From positions 1 to 60,097 of IMG/VR virus record IMGVR_UViG_3300020045_003677: DNA of 60,097 bases. One strand, given 5' to 3'. The position numbers and the translations under genes were made by a program. Shown here one piece after another: positions 1-9,260 of this stretch. The stretch's first letter is position 1. Each line of letters starts with the position of its first letter. Under the pieces are notes generated by a model. It worked only from the letters and a program-made list of their open reading frames with translations, made no database searches and was not told where the DNA came from. This stretch comes from a virus. Lineage: Duplodnaviria; Heunggongvirae; Uroviricota; Caudoviricetes.

Positions 1-2499
1 CTCTTGTTCTTTATCCAACAGTCTTTTAGCAAACTCTGGGGTCTTACCCATTCTGTTTGCGTACTCTTTGATTTGATCTGAATAAGCTAGATTATCTTCT
101 GGTAATAAATTAGCTGTCTCAGTTAATTCATTAGTAGTAATCTCTGCATGTTCATCGTTTGTTTTTGCAGTAGTTTTAGCAGATGCAATAGCTGCTTCAG
201 TAGCAGCAGTAGTTACCGGCTTTGCCTTAAACCATGAACGTTTAACTTCTTCAGCAGCAGTATACATCTCAGGAGTAACCTCCTTATACATCTCCTCAAG
301 TTCGGAGTATGTATTAGCTGCATTCTGGAATGAAGAATTCCTATCGGTCATAAGCTTAGCTAGATCCGGATGATCTTTTACTAGCTTATCATAGGTACCT
401 CTATATCCACCAAGTACTGATTCATAGAAGTTTACTTGCATCATTTTCAGACGGTAGTTGGCTTCTGCAATTGAAAGGTGGTTTGCTTTTTCTTTAGCAT
501 CCAACTCTTCAAGGCGCGTAAATTTCCCGTCCCCATTTAGTTTGTACGAGAACTTGTCAGTACCTAAATGTCCCTTATCTCTAGCATTTGCTAAAGACTC
601 TTTATATAGTTTCAGGTTCTCACCACCGGTAAGTACCAATTTCATTATCTTGTCTTTATCCTCTGTTTGGAAAGGTAGCGACTGGGCTCCGCCATGTCTA
701 AACACAAGTCTAGCCATTGGTCCACCTATAGCGCCACCTACTGCATTCATCAGTAAGTTTGAAGGAGCCTGTTCCCAGTACTCTGCATCATACATCCCAA
801 GCATCTTAGGGTGTTCTTCCCCGGGAGTCGTGAATCTTGAAATGACATTAGCCCCAGTTTTCAGAGCATCTCCAAATAACTGTTCTACTACTTCCTCGGT
901 TGCCTCTCCAGCAGATGCCCATCCCATTTCAGCAGCTTTACTAACCCCGCCCTGAGACATCTTTTCACTCAATGTAGCAAGTAACCCAGAAGTCTTCTGA
1001 GATACTGCCTTAGCAAATGCCCATCTAGAGGCTTCTGATTCCATTGCAGCAGGTGTGGTAAGTGCTAGGCTTTCTCTAGCTACTTTGTCCATCTGTGACT
1101 TAATAAATGGGGCAGAATCTCCGTTGATGATTACGTTTGAGATCTTATTAGCAGCAGCCATTGCTGGAAGATATGCTAGGAATAACCCAGATGCAGCATC
1201 CTCAGAGAATCCGGCTTTGATAGCCTCATCTTTTACTCCAGATGCCCCCATCAACGATAGTGCAGTTATAGTAGCTAAAGATGAAGCGCCACCCATGGTA
1301 GCCATAATCTTTTCTCTAGCTTCTTCTGCAGTTAAGCCGGCTTTGATATAAGCACTTTCGGCTGTAGCTAGTCTAGCTAATCCACCTGCTACTCTACCAA
1401 TACCACCAGCTAATACCAACTGTGCAGCAACATCAGCAACCATATTGGTAGCATTAGCTATTGTCATAGTCCTCTGTTGGTCATAATCAGCTGTAGTCAT
1501 TCCGTATGACTTGAACTTATTAGTCAGGTCATTGGTTGCTTTGATGAAGTCGTTATCATCATCGGAATCCATTAATGTGGCAGTAGAGTTTAATAAGTCT
1601 ACAAATCCACCTGCTAATGAAGACACGGTATTGATGGTTGATCTAGCTATCGCTTTTGGGATAATATATCCACCCGGAGTAGTTAGGTCATTATTAGATG
1701 TAATCCACCCTTTCATATCATGAATTGATACTATCTCACCTGTACTACGGTCTCCTTCATAGACAGCTTTAACACCGCCTTCAGCAATATCTCCTGGTTG
1801 GTACGGCACATACTCTAGAGCAGTAATCAACCTACCATCTTTTGATGCATATTTTGGGTTACCAATTACATCGTCCCATGAGTCTTCTACTTTAACAACA
1901 TCACCAGTCTCTGTAACCAGATTCTTTGAATCCAAATCAGCCTGACGTACAGATTTACGTTGGCCCATAACTTCTCCATTAAAGGAAGCTCCGCCACCAA
2001 TTTGCCTCTTGATGCCCATATCTAGTTGTACGGGCATACCTTTTCTGAACTTAGACCCCATACTGGTATCACCCATTATAAGATCATCTGTCTCATCTGC
2101 TACTTTCTTGAAGTACAACTCTTCGAGTTCTTTGTAGTACTCGTTGTACTTCTCTTTAGCTTGACCTGGGAACTTTAATTCAAATTTACTTCGAACTTCA
2201 GGATCATTCCAGTAATAATCAGCACTTTGTAGTTTGTCAGTAGCGGTCCCTTTGGATGCAGGATCTTCGCTCTTTTTGAGGAAGTCCCCAGCCTTATCTG
2301 TCGGTTTACTAGCATTGCTTTCATCCTCTTGTATTTTTAATGGGGCTGCTGCACTGTACTCAGACTCGACAGTATCAGATACCTTCTTTGGTTCTATTGG
2401 ATCAAGATGACTTGGGACTATTTCATCTGTCGCAAAAGCATTCATCTCTGTAGCAACCTGTGGTTCCATTGTATCTTGAGTTTCTAATTGATCTGCCAT
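1..2499 (-). CDS. N-terminal 833 aa of a giant virion cargo/ejection protein (runs off left edge; absent from ORF track)
   Basis: ATG at 2499 directly after the stop of the upstream gene (2501). Translates MADQLETQDTMEPQVATEMN... with no in-frame stop in my read-through to position 1. Several Gly/Ala-rich hydrophobic helices (QLVLAGGIGRVAGGLARLA, AASGLFLAYLPAMAAA, LLMNAVGGAIGGPMARLVF). Position matches the giant cargo/virion-RNAP gene cluster of crAss-like phages. Confidence 0.85.
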   Translation of the reverse strand, partial: MADQLETQDTMEPQVATEMNAFATDEIVPSHLDPIEPKKVSDTVESEYSAAAPLKIQEDESNASKPTDKAGDFLKKSEDPASKGTATDKLQSADYYWNDPEVRSKFELKFPGQAKEKYNEYYKELEELYFKKVADETDDLIMGDTSMGSKFRKGMPVQLDMGIKRQIGGGASFNGEVMGQRKSVRQADLDSKNLVTETGDVVKVEDSWDDVIGNPKYASKDGRLITALEYVPYQPGDIAEGGVKAVYEGDRSTGEIVSIHDMKGWITSNNDLTTPGGYIIPKAIARSTINTVSSLAGGFVDLLNSTATLMDSDDDNDFIKATNDLTNKFKSYGMTTADYDQQRTMTIANATNMVADVAAQLVLAGGIGRVAGGLARLATAESAYIKAGLTAEEAREKIMATMGGASSLATITALSLMGASGVKDEAIKAGFSEDAASGLFLAYLPAMAAANKISNVIINGDSAPFIKSQMDKVARESLALTTPAAMESEASRWAFAKAVSQKTSGLLATLSEKMSQGGVSKAAEMGWASAGEATEEVVEQLFGDALKTGANVISRFTTPGEEHPKMLGMYDAEYWEQAPSNLLMNAVGGAIGGPMARLVFRHGGAQSLPFQTEDKDKIMKLVLTGGENLKLYKESLANARDKGHLGTDKFSYKLNGDGKFTRLEELDAKEKANHLSIAEANYRLKMMQVNFYESVLGGYRGTYDKLVKDHPDLAKLMTDRNSSFQNAANTYSELEEMYKEVTPEMYTAAEEVKRSWFKAKPVTTAATEAAIASAKTTAKTNDEHAEITTNELTETANLLPEDNLAYSDQIKEYANRMGKTPEFAKRLLDKEQE

Positions 2500-2500
2500 A

Positions 2501-4525
2501 TTATTGTGATATTGTTCGTACAACACTTTCCCTGTTTAATCTTTCTAGTTCACTAGCTGATACCTTATTCGAAGGGTAATAATTTGCTGCTAGTGTAGCC
2601 AACTCTTTATTTGTAGATAAGATGCTGAATACTGGAACCTTAAATAGATCATCAGAAGTTTTCATCTTGATAATTAAATCCTCAGCCTGAGTAAGCCCTT
2701 TGTAGTATTCTTTAATACCGGCATCAGTAACCTTCGAAGATTCACCTACCATTGATTTGTATTCTGTAGCTTCATCAGATATACTTCCAAAGAATGTCTT
2801 TGGATCATCTGGAACTATCATATCATACTTGATGGCTTTTCGAATTGTAATCTTACCCATCTTTCTGATATCTTCATCTACTTTTGCTAGATTATCGTAT
2901 TCTGCTTGCAGAGCTGCCTCAAATACAGGGCCAGATTTCTCTCCTGCAGGATTTGTTTTCTTATTGGCAATTGCATTATCAACTGCTGTTTTATGAATTC
3001 CCGAGTTCATGACATCCCATGCAATCCCAAATTTACCATCTTTAACCACAACTGGTACATCGTGGTAAATAGTCGGATTAGTACCTGGTGCTAATACTGC
3101 TCTAGATAATCCAGATCCACTGCTCAGTTTATTTAACGGAGTGTTGCTCACGTTACCAAGAAATAGGTTATTACCAAGATCATGACCAGCAGCTAGTTGT
3201 GCCATCACAGTATTGTATTGAGCCGTCTTTGGGTACTTATTGGCATCGGCATTCTTGTACCCGTTGAAGGTCAGTAGATCTATCCCCTTGAATTCTGATG
3301 AAGTTACTGGTAGTGATCTAGCTAATTTCTTGTCAGCCTTTCCATGAACATCATCAAATGCTGTCCATTCATCTACAACTAGTGGACCGGCAACCGCAGC
3401 TGTAATAGGATTAAGTTCTGACTTATCAGCAACTTCCTCTCCTGTAGACCCTCCAGCTTCTCCAGCTTTACCTTTTAGCTGAATACTATTACCATAAGAC
3501 TCAGTTAAATGAGACATCATAGCGTTATTCAACTGCTCTTCTACCTTTCTCTTGATATATTGATTGTAGTCTGGAGCTTCTGGTTTACCGGCATACTCTT
3601 GCAAGTATGATACAATAGCACTACGTTTTAGTACTTCGTCAGTACCAGAAGATTGAAGGGTACCTTTAAGCATATTGTAAGCATTGGTCAGCTGACCAAT
3701 ATTTGATTTCTTAGTCTCACTTTCTATTGCACGTTGCCCGCCGGCAGTACCTGCTACTACCCCTGTTTTGTCTGCTAAGAAGTTAAACAGTTCGCCTACT
3801 GGAGCATCTCCAATAGTTGTAAGACCTGTATCCTTATCAGTAGTGGTTCCTATTCCTGTGAAAGCAGCCTTCAGTTGAGTTGTCAAATCCTTAGTACTCT
3901 GAATACTATGTAACATGTTTTCAAGAGCTTCTCCCTTACCACCACGTCTACCGGTAAATTCAGCGTCACCGGCGCGGGCTTCTAAGGCAGTACCAACTGT
4001 CTGTGGTTCATATCTTGACATTAGTGTTCCACCCTTAGTGACTTTCTTAGTCAGAAGGTCGTCGACTGTAACCAGATCAAACTTACCAGTTGTTCTATCT
4101 TTGACGAAAGCTTGGTCTCTATTTATAGCTAATTCCCCTCTCGCAGGTGTAGAAGATGAAACTACCTCTTTGTAGCGTGCTTCTTTCTGTGTAAGATCCG
4201 GAATTCCAACCGTCATAAGATTTTGTAGCCTTTTAGCATCGTTATCGTACGCTTCTCGCGTATACGTAGGTGAGAGGCCACTTTTCATTTTATCTTTAAG
4301 AGACTCGATTTCAGTGTATAAACTTTGCTTATCGTTCTCTAAACCAGACAGTTTGTAGTTACTGTACTTGTCATACTGGCCTTCTAATACTGGAGTAGAT
4401 GCCAGAGCTTTCTGTGGCTTCATCTTGCTGCTGGGATCTTCCCATTCGAAATTCATGGGTACATACTCAGTTTTTGCTGACATTGTTCCTCCAGCTTGGA
4501 ATTTTCTAGTTGATTTTAGTATCAT
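2501..4525 (-). CDS. putative internal virion (cargo/ejection) protein, 674 aa
   Basis: Long ORF with N-terminal RKFQAGG tag, located between the muzzle/lysis genes and the giant cargo gene. Function from synteny only. Confidence 0.6.
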   Translation of the reverse strand: MILKSTRKFQAGGTMSAKTEYVPMNFEWEDPSSKMKPQKALASTPVLEGQYDKYSNYKLSGLENDKQSLYTEIESLKDKMKSGLSPTYTREAYDNDAKRLQNLMTVGIPDLTQKEARYKEVVSSSTPARGELAINRDQAFVKDRTTGKFDLVTVDDLLTKKVTKGGTLMSRYEPQTVGTALEARAGDAEFTGRRGGKGEALENMLHSIQSTKDLTTQLKAAFTGIGTTTDKDTGLTTIGDAPVGELFNFLADKTGVVAGTAGGQRAIESETKKSNIGQLTNAYNMLKGTLQSSGTDEVLKRSAIVSYLQEYAGKPEAPDYNQYIKRKVEEQLNNAMMSHLTESYGNSIQLKGKAGEAGGSTGEEVADKSELNPITAAVAGPLVVDEWTAFDDVHGKADKKLARSLPVTSSEFKGIDLLTFNGYKNADANKYPKTAQYNTVMAQLAAGHDLGNNLFLGNVSNTPLNKLSSGSGLSRAVLAPGTNPTIYHDVPVVVKDGKFGIAWDVMNSGIHKTAVDNAIANKKTNPAGEKSGPVFEAALQAEYDNLAKVDEDIRKMGKITIRKAIKYDMIVPDDPKTFFGSISDEATEYKSMVGESSKVTDAGIKEYYKGLTQAEDLIIKMKTSDDLFKVPVFSILSTNKELATLAANYYPSNKVSASELERLNRESVVRTISQ

Positions 4526-4557
4526 GGTAACTTATATTGTTAAAATTCAATAACTAG

Positions 4558-4567
4558 ATTATAGTAA
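4558..4567 (-). promoter_or_regulatory. TTACTATAAT repeated motif (putative late promoter)
   Basis: Exact copy immediately after a terminator and about 30 nt upstream of the ATG at 4525. Same 10-mer is found in six other intergenic regions. Confidence 0.65.
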
Positions 4568-4595
4568 AAAACCCCACACCTTAGAGGTGCAGGGC
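4566..4595 (-). terminator. intrinsic terminator
   Basis: GCCCTGCACC-TCTAA-GGTGTGGGGT stem followed by a T-run, just after the stop at 4600. Confidence 0.75.
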
Positions 4596-4599
4596 TATA

Positions 4600-5499
4600 T
4601 TAAATTCGAGGTATTAATTTACCACCGTTACGATGGGTCCAGTACCCAGGTGTCTTCTGTCGTAGGACATTATTGTATCGTTGACGGGCAGCTTCGGCTC
4701 TGTCTCTAGCCTCTTTTACTGCAGGATCATATATGTTTCCTTTACTAAGTAAACTCATATATTCCTCCCTGGCTGCATCATAATCACTCTGAGCTATTGC
4801 TGTATCATTCCCCTGTTTAGTGAAGAACTTATTTAAACCGTATGCCTGAGATGTATCTGCGATATCTTTGACATCTTTTCCAGCTTCTGCAAGTAGTCGC
4901 TTCTTCTGGTCCATTGCATTTACACTGGACTCTAGTTTATAGTCAGCCAGTGACTGGGCCCTATCAATGTTTGCATTAGCAGTTTCTCCAGAACGAATCT
5001 GATTTTCTGCTACTTCTTTAGCAACTCGTTGACGTTCAGCTATTAACTGTTGTCCACGTTCAGAAGCTAATTGATCCATTGCTTGACCTCTACCTGCAGC
5101 AGCCATTTGATCTGAAATCAGTTTAGATGCAGCGTCACTACCTTTGTAAGTAGACCTCATTCTAGCAATCTGGTTTGTTCTCTGATTTAGAACTTCTGCC
5201 GGCATATCCTGTACAGGAGCAACATTAGTTTGAATAGGATTTAGACTAAGCATTTGTCGTTGCTGTTGTCTGTTCTTGATCTTATTTATTAGCCCAAGTT
5301 CCCCTAGAGTAGTACCAACAAATGCAGCGCCTTTAATAGCTTGTTCTGGATTTATTGATTTTGGTATTAGATATGTTCCGGTTCCAGGTGTTGAGGAACC
5401 TATTGCTTTCTTCGTAGATTTACCTACAAGTCCAGCTGCCTCATCCAGAAAAGAATACTGATCTGGTTTTGGTATTGGTAGGTATTCATTTAGTGCCAT
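4600..5499 (-). CDS. putative cargo protein, 299 aa, coiled-coil rich
   Basis: Gln/Ala-rich helical ORF with C-terminal HRNGGKLIPRI tag, in the cargo cluster. Confidence 0.6.
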   Translation of the reverse strand: MALNEYLPIPKPDQYSFLDEAAGLVGKSTKKAIGSSTPGTGTYLIPKSINPEQAIKGAAFVGTTLGELGLINKIKNRQQQRQMLSLNPIQTNVAPVQDMPAEVLNQRTNQIARMRSTYKGSDAASKLISDQMAAAGRGQAMDQLASERGQQLIAERQRVAKEVAENQIRSGETANANIDRAQSLADYKLESSVNAMDQKKRLLAEAGKDVKDIADTSQAYGLNKFFTKQGNDTAIAQSDYDAAREEYMSLLSKGNIYDPAVKEARDRAEAARQRYNNVLRQKTPGYWTHRNGGKLIPRI

Positions 5500-6428
5500 T
5501 ATCTGGTAGCATTTAACGGTTGGAAACTAGGAGAGTATGGATTGTACTGCTCGGTTTCTGTAGTGTGTTCTCTATAAGGGCTAATCAATCCAACTATTGT
5601 TTTTGTCTTCTTACCACTAGTGATAGCTTTCACTACCTCAGGTGAAGTTATTTGTAACCCGCTTATTCTGTCCTCTTCTTGTTTGTTGTATCCGTGTGCT
5701 CTGCTAGCTGCAATCATGCTGGATTTATAATTTTCCAGATCTTTTGTAGAAATTTGAGCTGCAGCATCAAACCCGCTTGGTTGTGTATTTGACTTAGGTA
5801 CCAAAGCAGACGCTTTAGGATATGTTACCCCAGGCACCTTCCCATAATCTAAAGACCCCATACCAGTGTATGGTTTAGTAGTAGGTTTTCCATAGTTAAC
5901 TGACCCCATTCCGCTATAAGCTACTGGTCCAGTACTAGAGCTTTGTTCCTCAGTCTCCTGTGTTTTTGGAGCAGAATTAAATCCCATTCTAAACTGTTCA
6001 TCTGGAGCAAATGTTAATCTTCTTGGTACTAAAGTACTAGGAGATCCTAATGAGAATCTATTCTGTACACTAGTCGAATTCCACGGTTCTACAGGACTAC
6101 TAACAGTAGGCTTTGTATCACCTGTGGTAGTAGATTTTGCTTCAGGTTGTTTAGGAGTAGGTGTTGATGGATGTACTTGTGCTGGTATCTCTCCAACCGT
6201 ATTCATCTCAGTATCTCTGGTTAGAGACTTACCTATCAATCGATTAACACGTCTGTTCTTAGCAAATAATCCAGATCCAACATCAATACCACTAAGAGGA
6301 AGGTTTTCAGTTTTACCAGTAGCTTTATTGATCAGTTGGTATGTACCAGCTTCTCTATTGAGTTTAACGTCACTTGTCTTCAAGAGTTCGCTTGCTCGTT
6401 GCTCTGCTTGTTGTCTTAATTTTCCCAT
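5499..6428 (-). CDS. hypothetical protein, 309 aa, Pro/Ser/Thr-rich (likely disordered)
   Basis: ORF coupled by TAATG overlap to the next gene. Short internal repeat YSGMGSVNYGK / YTGMGSLDYGK. Confidence 0.6.
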   Translation of the reverse strand: MGKLRQQAEQRASELLKTSDVKLNREAGTYQLINKATGKTENLPLSGIDVGSGLFAKNRRVNRLIGKSLTRDTEMNTVGEIPAQVHPSTPTPKQPEAKSTTTGDTKPTVSSPVEPWNSTSVQNRFSLGSPSTLVPRRLTFAPDEQFRMGFNSAPKTQETEEQSSSTGPVAYSGMGSVNYGKPTTKPYTGMGSLDYGKVPGVTYPKASALVPKSNTQPSGFDAAAQISTKDLENYKSSMIAASRAHGYNKQEEDRISGLQITSPEVVKAITSGKKTKTIVGLISPYREHTTETEQYNPYSPSFQPLNATR

Positions 6429-6433
6429 AGTAT

Positions 6434-6468
6434 AAAAGAAAAATAGCCGAACTTAACGCCCGGCTATT
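6434..6468 (-). terminator. intrinsic terminator
   Basis: AATAGCCG...CGGCTATT stem followed by TTTCTTTT, directly after the stop at 6472. Confidence 0.75.
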
Positions 6469-6471
6469 AGA

Positions 6472-6819
6472 TTATTTTCTAAACACTGGACCTCTAGTCA
6501 TTCTCATACCGTTGCGTCCCATTGGTGCTCCACCTTGCGGTGCGCCTGCTTCAGCGCCTGGTGCTGGGGCTCCGGGTTGTCCACCCTGTTGTGCTCCCAT
6601 CATTGCTTCTACGAGCATGTCGCAAATAGCAACTGCTAACTGAGGGTCTCTAGTCTGAGCATATTCTGCAAGCATTGCTTCGATGTCAGCTCCACCACCC
6701 TGAGGTGCTCCTTCTTGTCCGCCTGGTGCTCCACCTGGAGCCGGTGCTGGTGCCATAGGGCCACCCTCTTGGAATTTTCTAACTCCACCATTGTATTGAT
6801 TTAACCAATCTTTTGCCAT
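6472..6819 (-). CDS. small Gly/Pro/Gln-rich cargo-like protein, 115 aa (start corrected to MAKDW)
   Basis: ATG at 6819 follows the upstream stop (6824). Carries YNGG, RKFQEGG and RNGM tags around a short helical core IEAMLAEYAQTRDPQLAVAICDMLVEAM. Confidence 0.7.
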   Translation of the reverse strand: MAKDWLNQYNGGVRKFQEGGPMAPAPAPGGAPGGQEGAPQGGGADIEAMLAEYAQTRDPQLAVAICDMLVEAMMGAQQGGQPGAPAPGAEAGAPQGGAPMGRNGMRMTRGPVFRK

Positions 6820-6823
6820 CTTG

Positions 6824-7603
6824 TTAACGATTTTTGTTGTTACTGTTATTATATAAGATACCACCGTGTTTCCGTGTTACTAGTAATGAACCTGATTCAT
6901 CACTTGAAAACCTTTTTAGTATATTTTGTGTGTAGTTAATTGTCTCTTTCTGAGATCCTTTACTTAAATATCTGTACCAGTTATTTGGGTAACCGTCAGC
7001 TTTAGATGCAGCAACTGCGTTAGCTACATTACCAATACCATTATTGTACGCGGCAATCATACGCTTAACTCTTTCTGCTTCTGTTGGAGCATCTTTTACT
7101 CCTGGTTGAGTATAAATCCAATCCATGTACTTCTCTTGAGCTTGTGCAGCCCAATAAGGGTTTCTACGACTTGCATTCTTTGGTACCCATCCTTTAGACT
7201 TCATATCCTCCCATGTAGCAGGCATGAATTGTGCTGGTCCTACTGCACCGGCTTTTGATACGTCTGACCCCTTACCACTCCATTCGAATCCTCTCTGAAT
7301 CTTCAGTAACTTTTCTCTGTGTCTAGGGTCGTTCCAGTTAAGATTAATACTATTAGTATTATCTAGATAGGTAGAATCTACACCAGTATCTGGAGTAGCT
7401 TTTAGTCCCCATTTAACTGTTGGGGTAGGAATTGATGCGGGAGCAGTAACAGCTTCTGTTGTAATCTTAGCTGCAGTTGTCTTCTCCTCTTTATCAGCAA
7501 TCGGGCTGTTATTCTCAATATATGCTCCAGCTGATGATCGTACTATAAGCGGCTTTGCTTCCCATCTATCGAATGGTTCTAATGCCTTCTGTATGATAGC
7601 CAT
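6824..7603 (-). CDS. lytic transglycosylase (SLT / lysozyme-like) domain protein
   Basis: SLT motifs GAVGPAQFMPATW and MIAAYNNGIGNV, ETINY near the C-terminus, candidate catalytic Glu in IQRGFEWSG. C-terminal RKHGG tag. Confidence 0.85.
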   Translation of the reverse strand: MAIIQKALEPFDRWEAKPLIVRSSAGAYIENNSPIADKEEKTTAAKITTEAVTAPASIPTPTVKWGLKATPDTGVDSTYLDNTNSINLNWNDPRHREKLLKIQRGFEWSGKGSDVSKAGAVGPAQFMPATWEDMKSKGWVPKNASRRNPYWAAQAQEKYMDWIYTQPGVKDAPTEAERVKRMIAAYNNGIGNVANAVAASKADGYPNNWYRYLSKGSQKETINYTQNILKRFSSDESGSLLVTRKHGGILYNNSNNKNR

Positions 7604-7606
7604 AGT

Positions 7607-8206
7607 TTAATTATCAGAGTGTTGAGGAGCTTGAGTATCCTGTTTATTTATCATCCTAACCATTGCTCTTCCTACAGCCCTAAAATCTGCTGGTGTTTCG
7701 GCATCTATGACTAGGTCGTATAGCTGTGTTGTATGAATTCTAGAGAATACACGCTCATTACCTTTAACATTCATCTGAACCTTTCCAGTATCGTCTAGAA
7801 CATGTAAGTCGCCTTCTGGTGTTAATCCACCTTCAGCCATAACTATCGTCCCGTCCTCTTTCTTTTCACCTACCCAGTCTACTTCATCACCAACCGAAAC
7901 TGAACCTTTACATCCTAGCTTTACTTCTAGTACAGCGGTAACCGGTTTACCAATATCTATATCTGCAGAACTCACTCTAGCTTTCTTAATTGCTATCACC
8001 TTACCATCATTGATGAATATAAGGTCTAGTGGGAACTTCATCCCCTTCATAGTAATTATTATATTGGTTGGTTGTTCGTATTTCAGAACCAGGCCACTGT
8101 CATCGGGTAAAGACTCTTCATTTATTCCGGATAACCCTCTTCGTCTAGATGCGTCGGTTGAAGCTACTTTAACTGTGAAGGTTTCGTTACCTATATTTAG
8201 CTTCAT
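7607..8206 (-). CDS. DUF192-like domain protein with extra C-terminal domain
   Basis: N-terminal pattern VKVAST...RRRGLS...GLVL...MKGMKFPLDLIFI...AVLEV is typical of DUF192 (COG1430). It is followed by MAEGG and a ~55-aa C-terminal domain. Confidence 0.75.
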   Translation of the reverse strand: MKLNIGNETFTVKVASTDASRRRGLSGINEESLPDDSGLVLKYEQPTNIIITMKGMKFPLDLIFINDGKVIAIKKARVSSADIDIGKPVTAVLEVKLGCKGSVSVGDEVDWVGEKKEDGTIVMAEGGLTPEGDLHVLDDTGKVQMNVKGNERVFSRIHTTQLYDLVIDAETPADFRAVGRAMVRMINKQDTQAPQHSDN

Positions 8207-9259
8207 TTACACCTCCAGTCCAAATTTCTTACTGTTATCCTTAGTGTTGTTGAGTAACTCATGGTGAACCAATTTACCCAATGTCTCCAACACACTGTCC
8301 TCATTTTTTGTATTATAGTTATTAACTAGCTTTTCTACCTGCTTTGAAGCCTCTAGATTTAGAATTAATTCCTCTTTTTCAAGCTCGAACTCCTTTCTAC
8401 CCTTTGAGTCTATCACAGGGATACCTTTGTCTTTATTACCGAGACTATTGTTCTCCTTGTGAAGTTTACCAGAAACTATTACGTTAATAGAACCACCGGC
8501 CTTAAACCGTGGTACTAGCTTATCTTTCTTTTCAAACTTACTTACCAAGTATTCAGTCTTCATTTTCATACCATCCTTACCAAGCATGGCCTGATACTGA
8601 TTGGCATACTGATTACCGTAGAACTTATTGTAGGAAGCATTGTGTGCTTTATTATAAGCATCACCACCAGCTTCTGATTCTTTCTTACCTTTGAAGAACC
8701 CAGATATACCACCTATTAGACCCCCGGCAACAGCACCTACTGCTGTTCCTAGTCCTGGAACCACCGATCCAATCAATGCACCAGTAGCGGCACCTTTGCC
8801 GGCCCCTTGTAATGCTGATTTAGATCCGGATACTCCCTTTGATTCGGCTTTTACATTACCGAACTCATCAGCGCCAGGGTCTTTAGAGAATGCATCAATA
8901 GCTCCAACTCCTAAGGCAGCCACACCCTCCGATATAGCTCCTACTGTGCCGGCTGACATTCCTGCTCCTGCGCCAACTTTAGGTGTTGCAAGAGTTTTAG
9001 CATCCACTAATGGATTGGCTCCTGGTGCACTACCTAGTCCTGTCAATACATTAGCCTGAGATGATCCTAGACTAATAGGTTTGATAGGATCCATGGTACC
9101 ATTAGGTGGTTTCCATGTAGATAGGGTAGCTCCCATATCAACGGTACCTTGCGATGGGTTACCTCCAGTCATATTGAACAGGTATTGATACGGATTAGTA
9201 GCAGTTCTCTGCCTAACCGAGCCACCCTCTTGTAGTTTAGGAATTAACTTTATAGCCAT
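8207..9259 (-). CDS. putative cargo/ejection protein with glycine-zipper hydrophobic segment, 350 aa
   Basis: GAATGALIGSVVPGLGTAVGAVAGGLIGGISG glycine zipper. Tags KLQEGG, KDGMK and RFKAGG. Confidence 0.65.
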   Translation of the reverse strand: MAIKLIPKLQEGGSVRQRTATNPYQYLFNMTGGNPSQGTVDMGATLSTWKPPNGTMDPIKPISLGSSQANVLTGLGSAPGANPLVDAKTLATPKVGAGAGMSAGTVGAISEGVAALGVGAIDAFSKDPGADEFGNVKAESKGVSGSKSALQGAGKGAATGALIGSVVPGLGTAVGAVAGGLIGGISGFFKGKKESEAGGDAYNKAHNASYNKFYGNQYANQYQAMLGKDGMKMKTEYLVSKFEKKDKLVPRFKAGGSINVIVSGKLHKENNSLGNKDKGIPVIDSKGRKEFELEKEELILNLEASKQVEKLVNNYNTKNEDSVLETLGKLVHHELLNNTKDNSKKFGLEV

Positions 9260-9260
9260 A

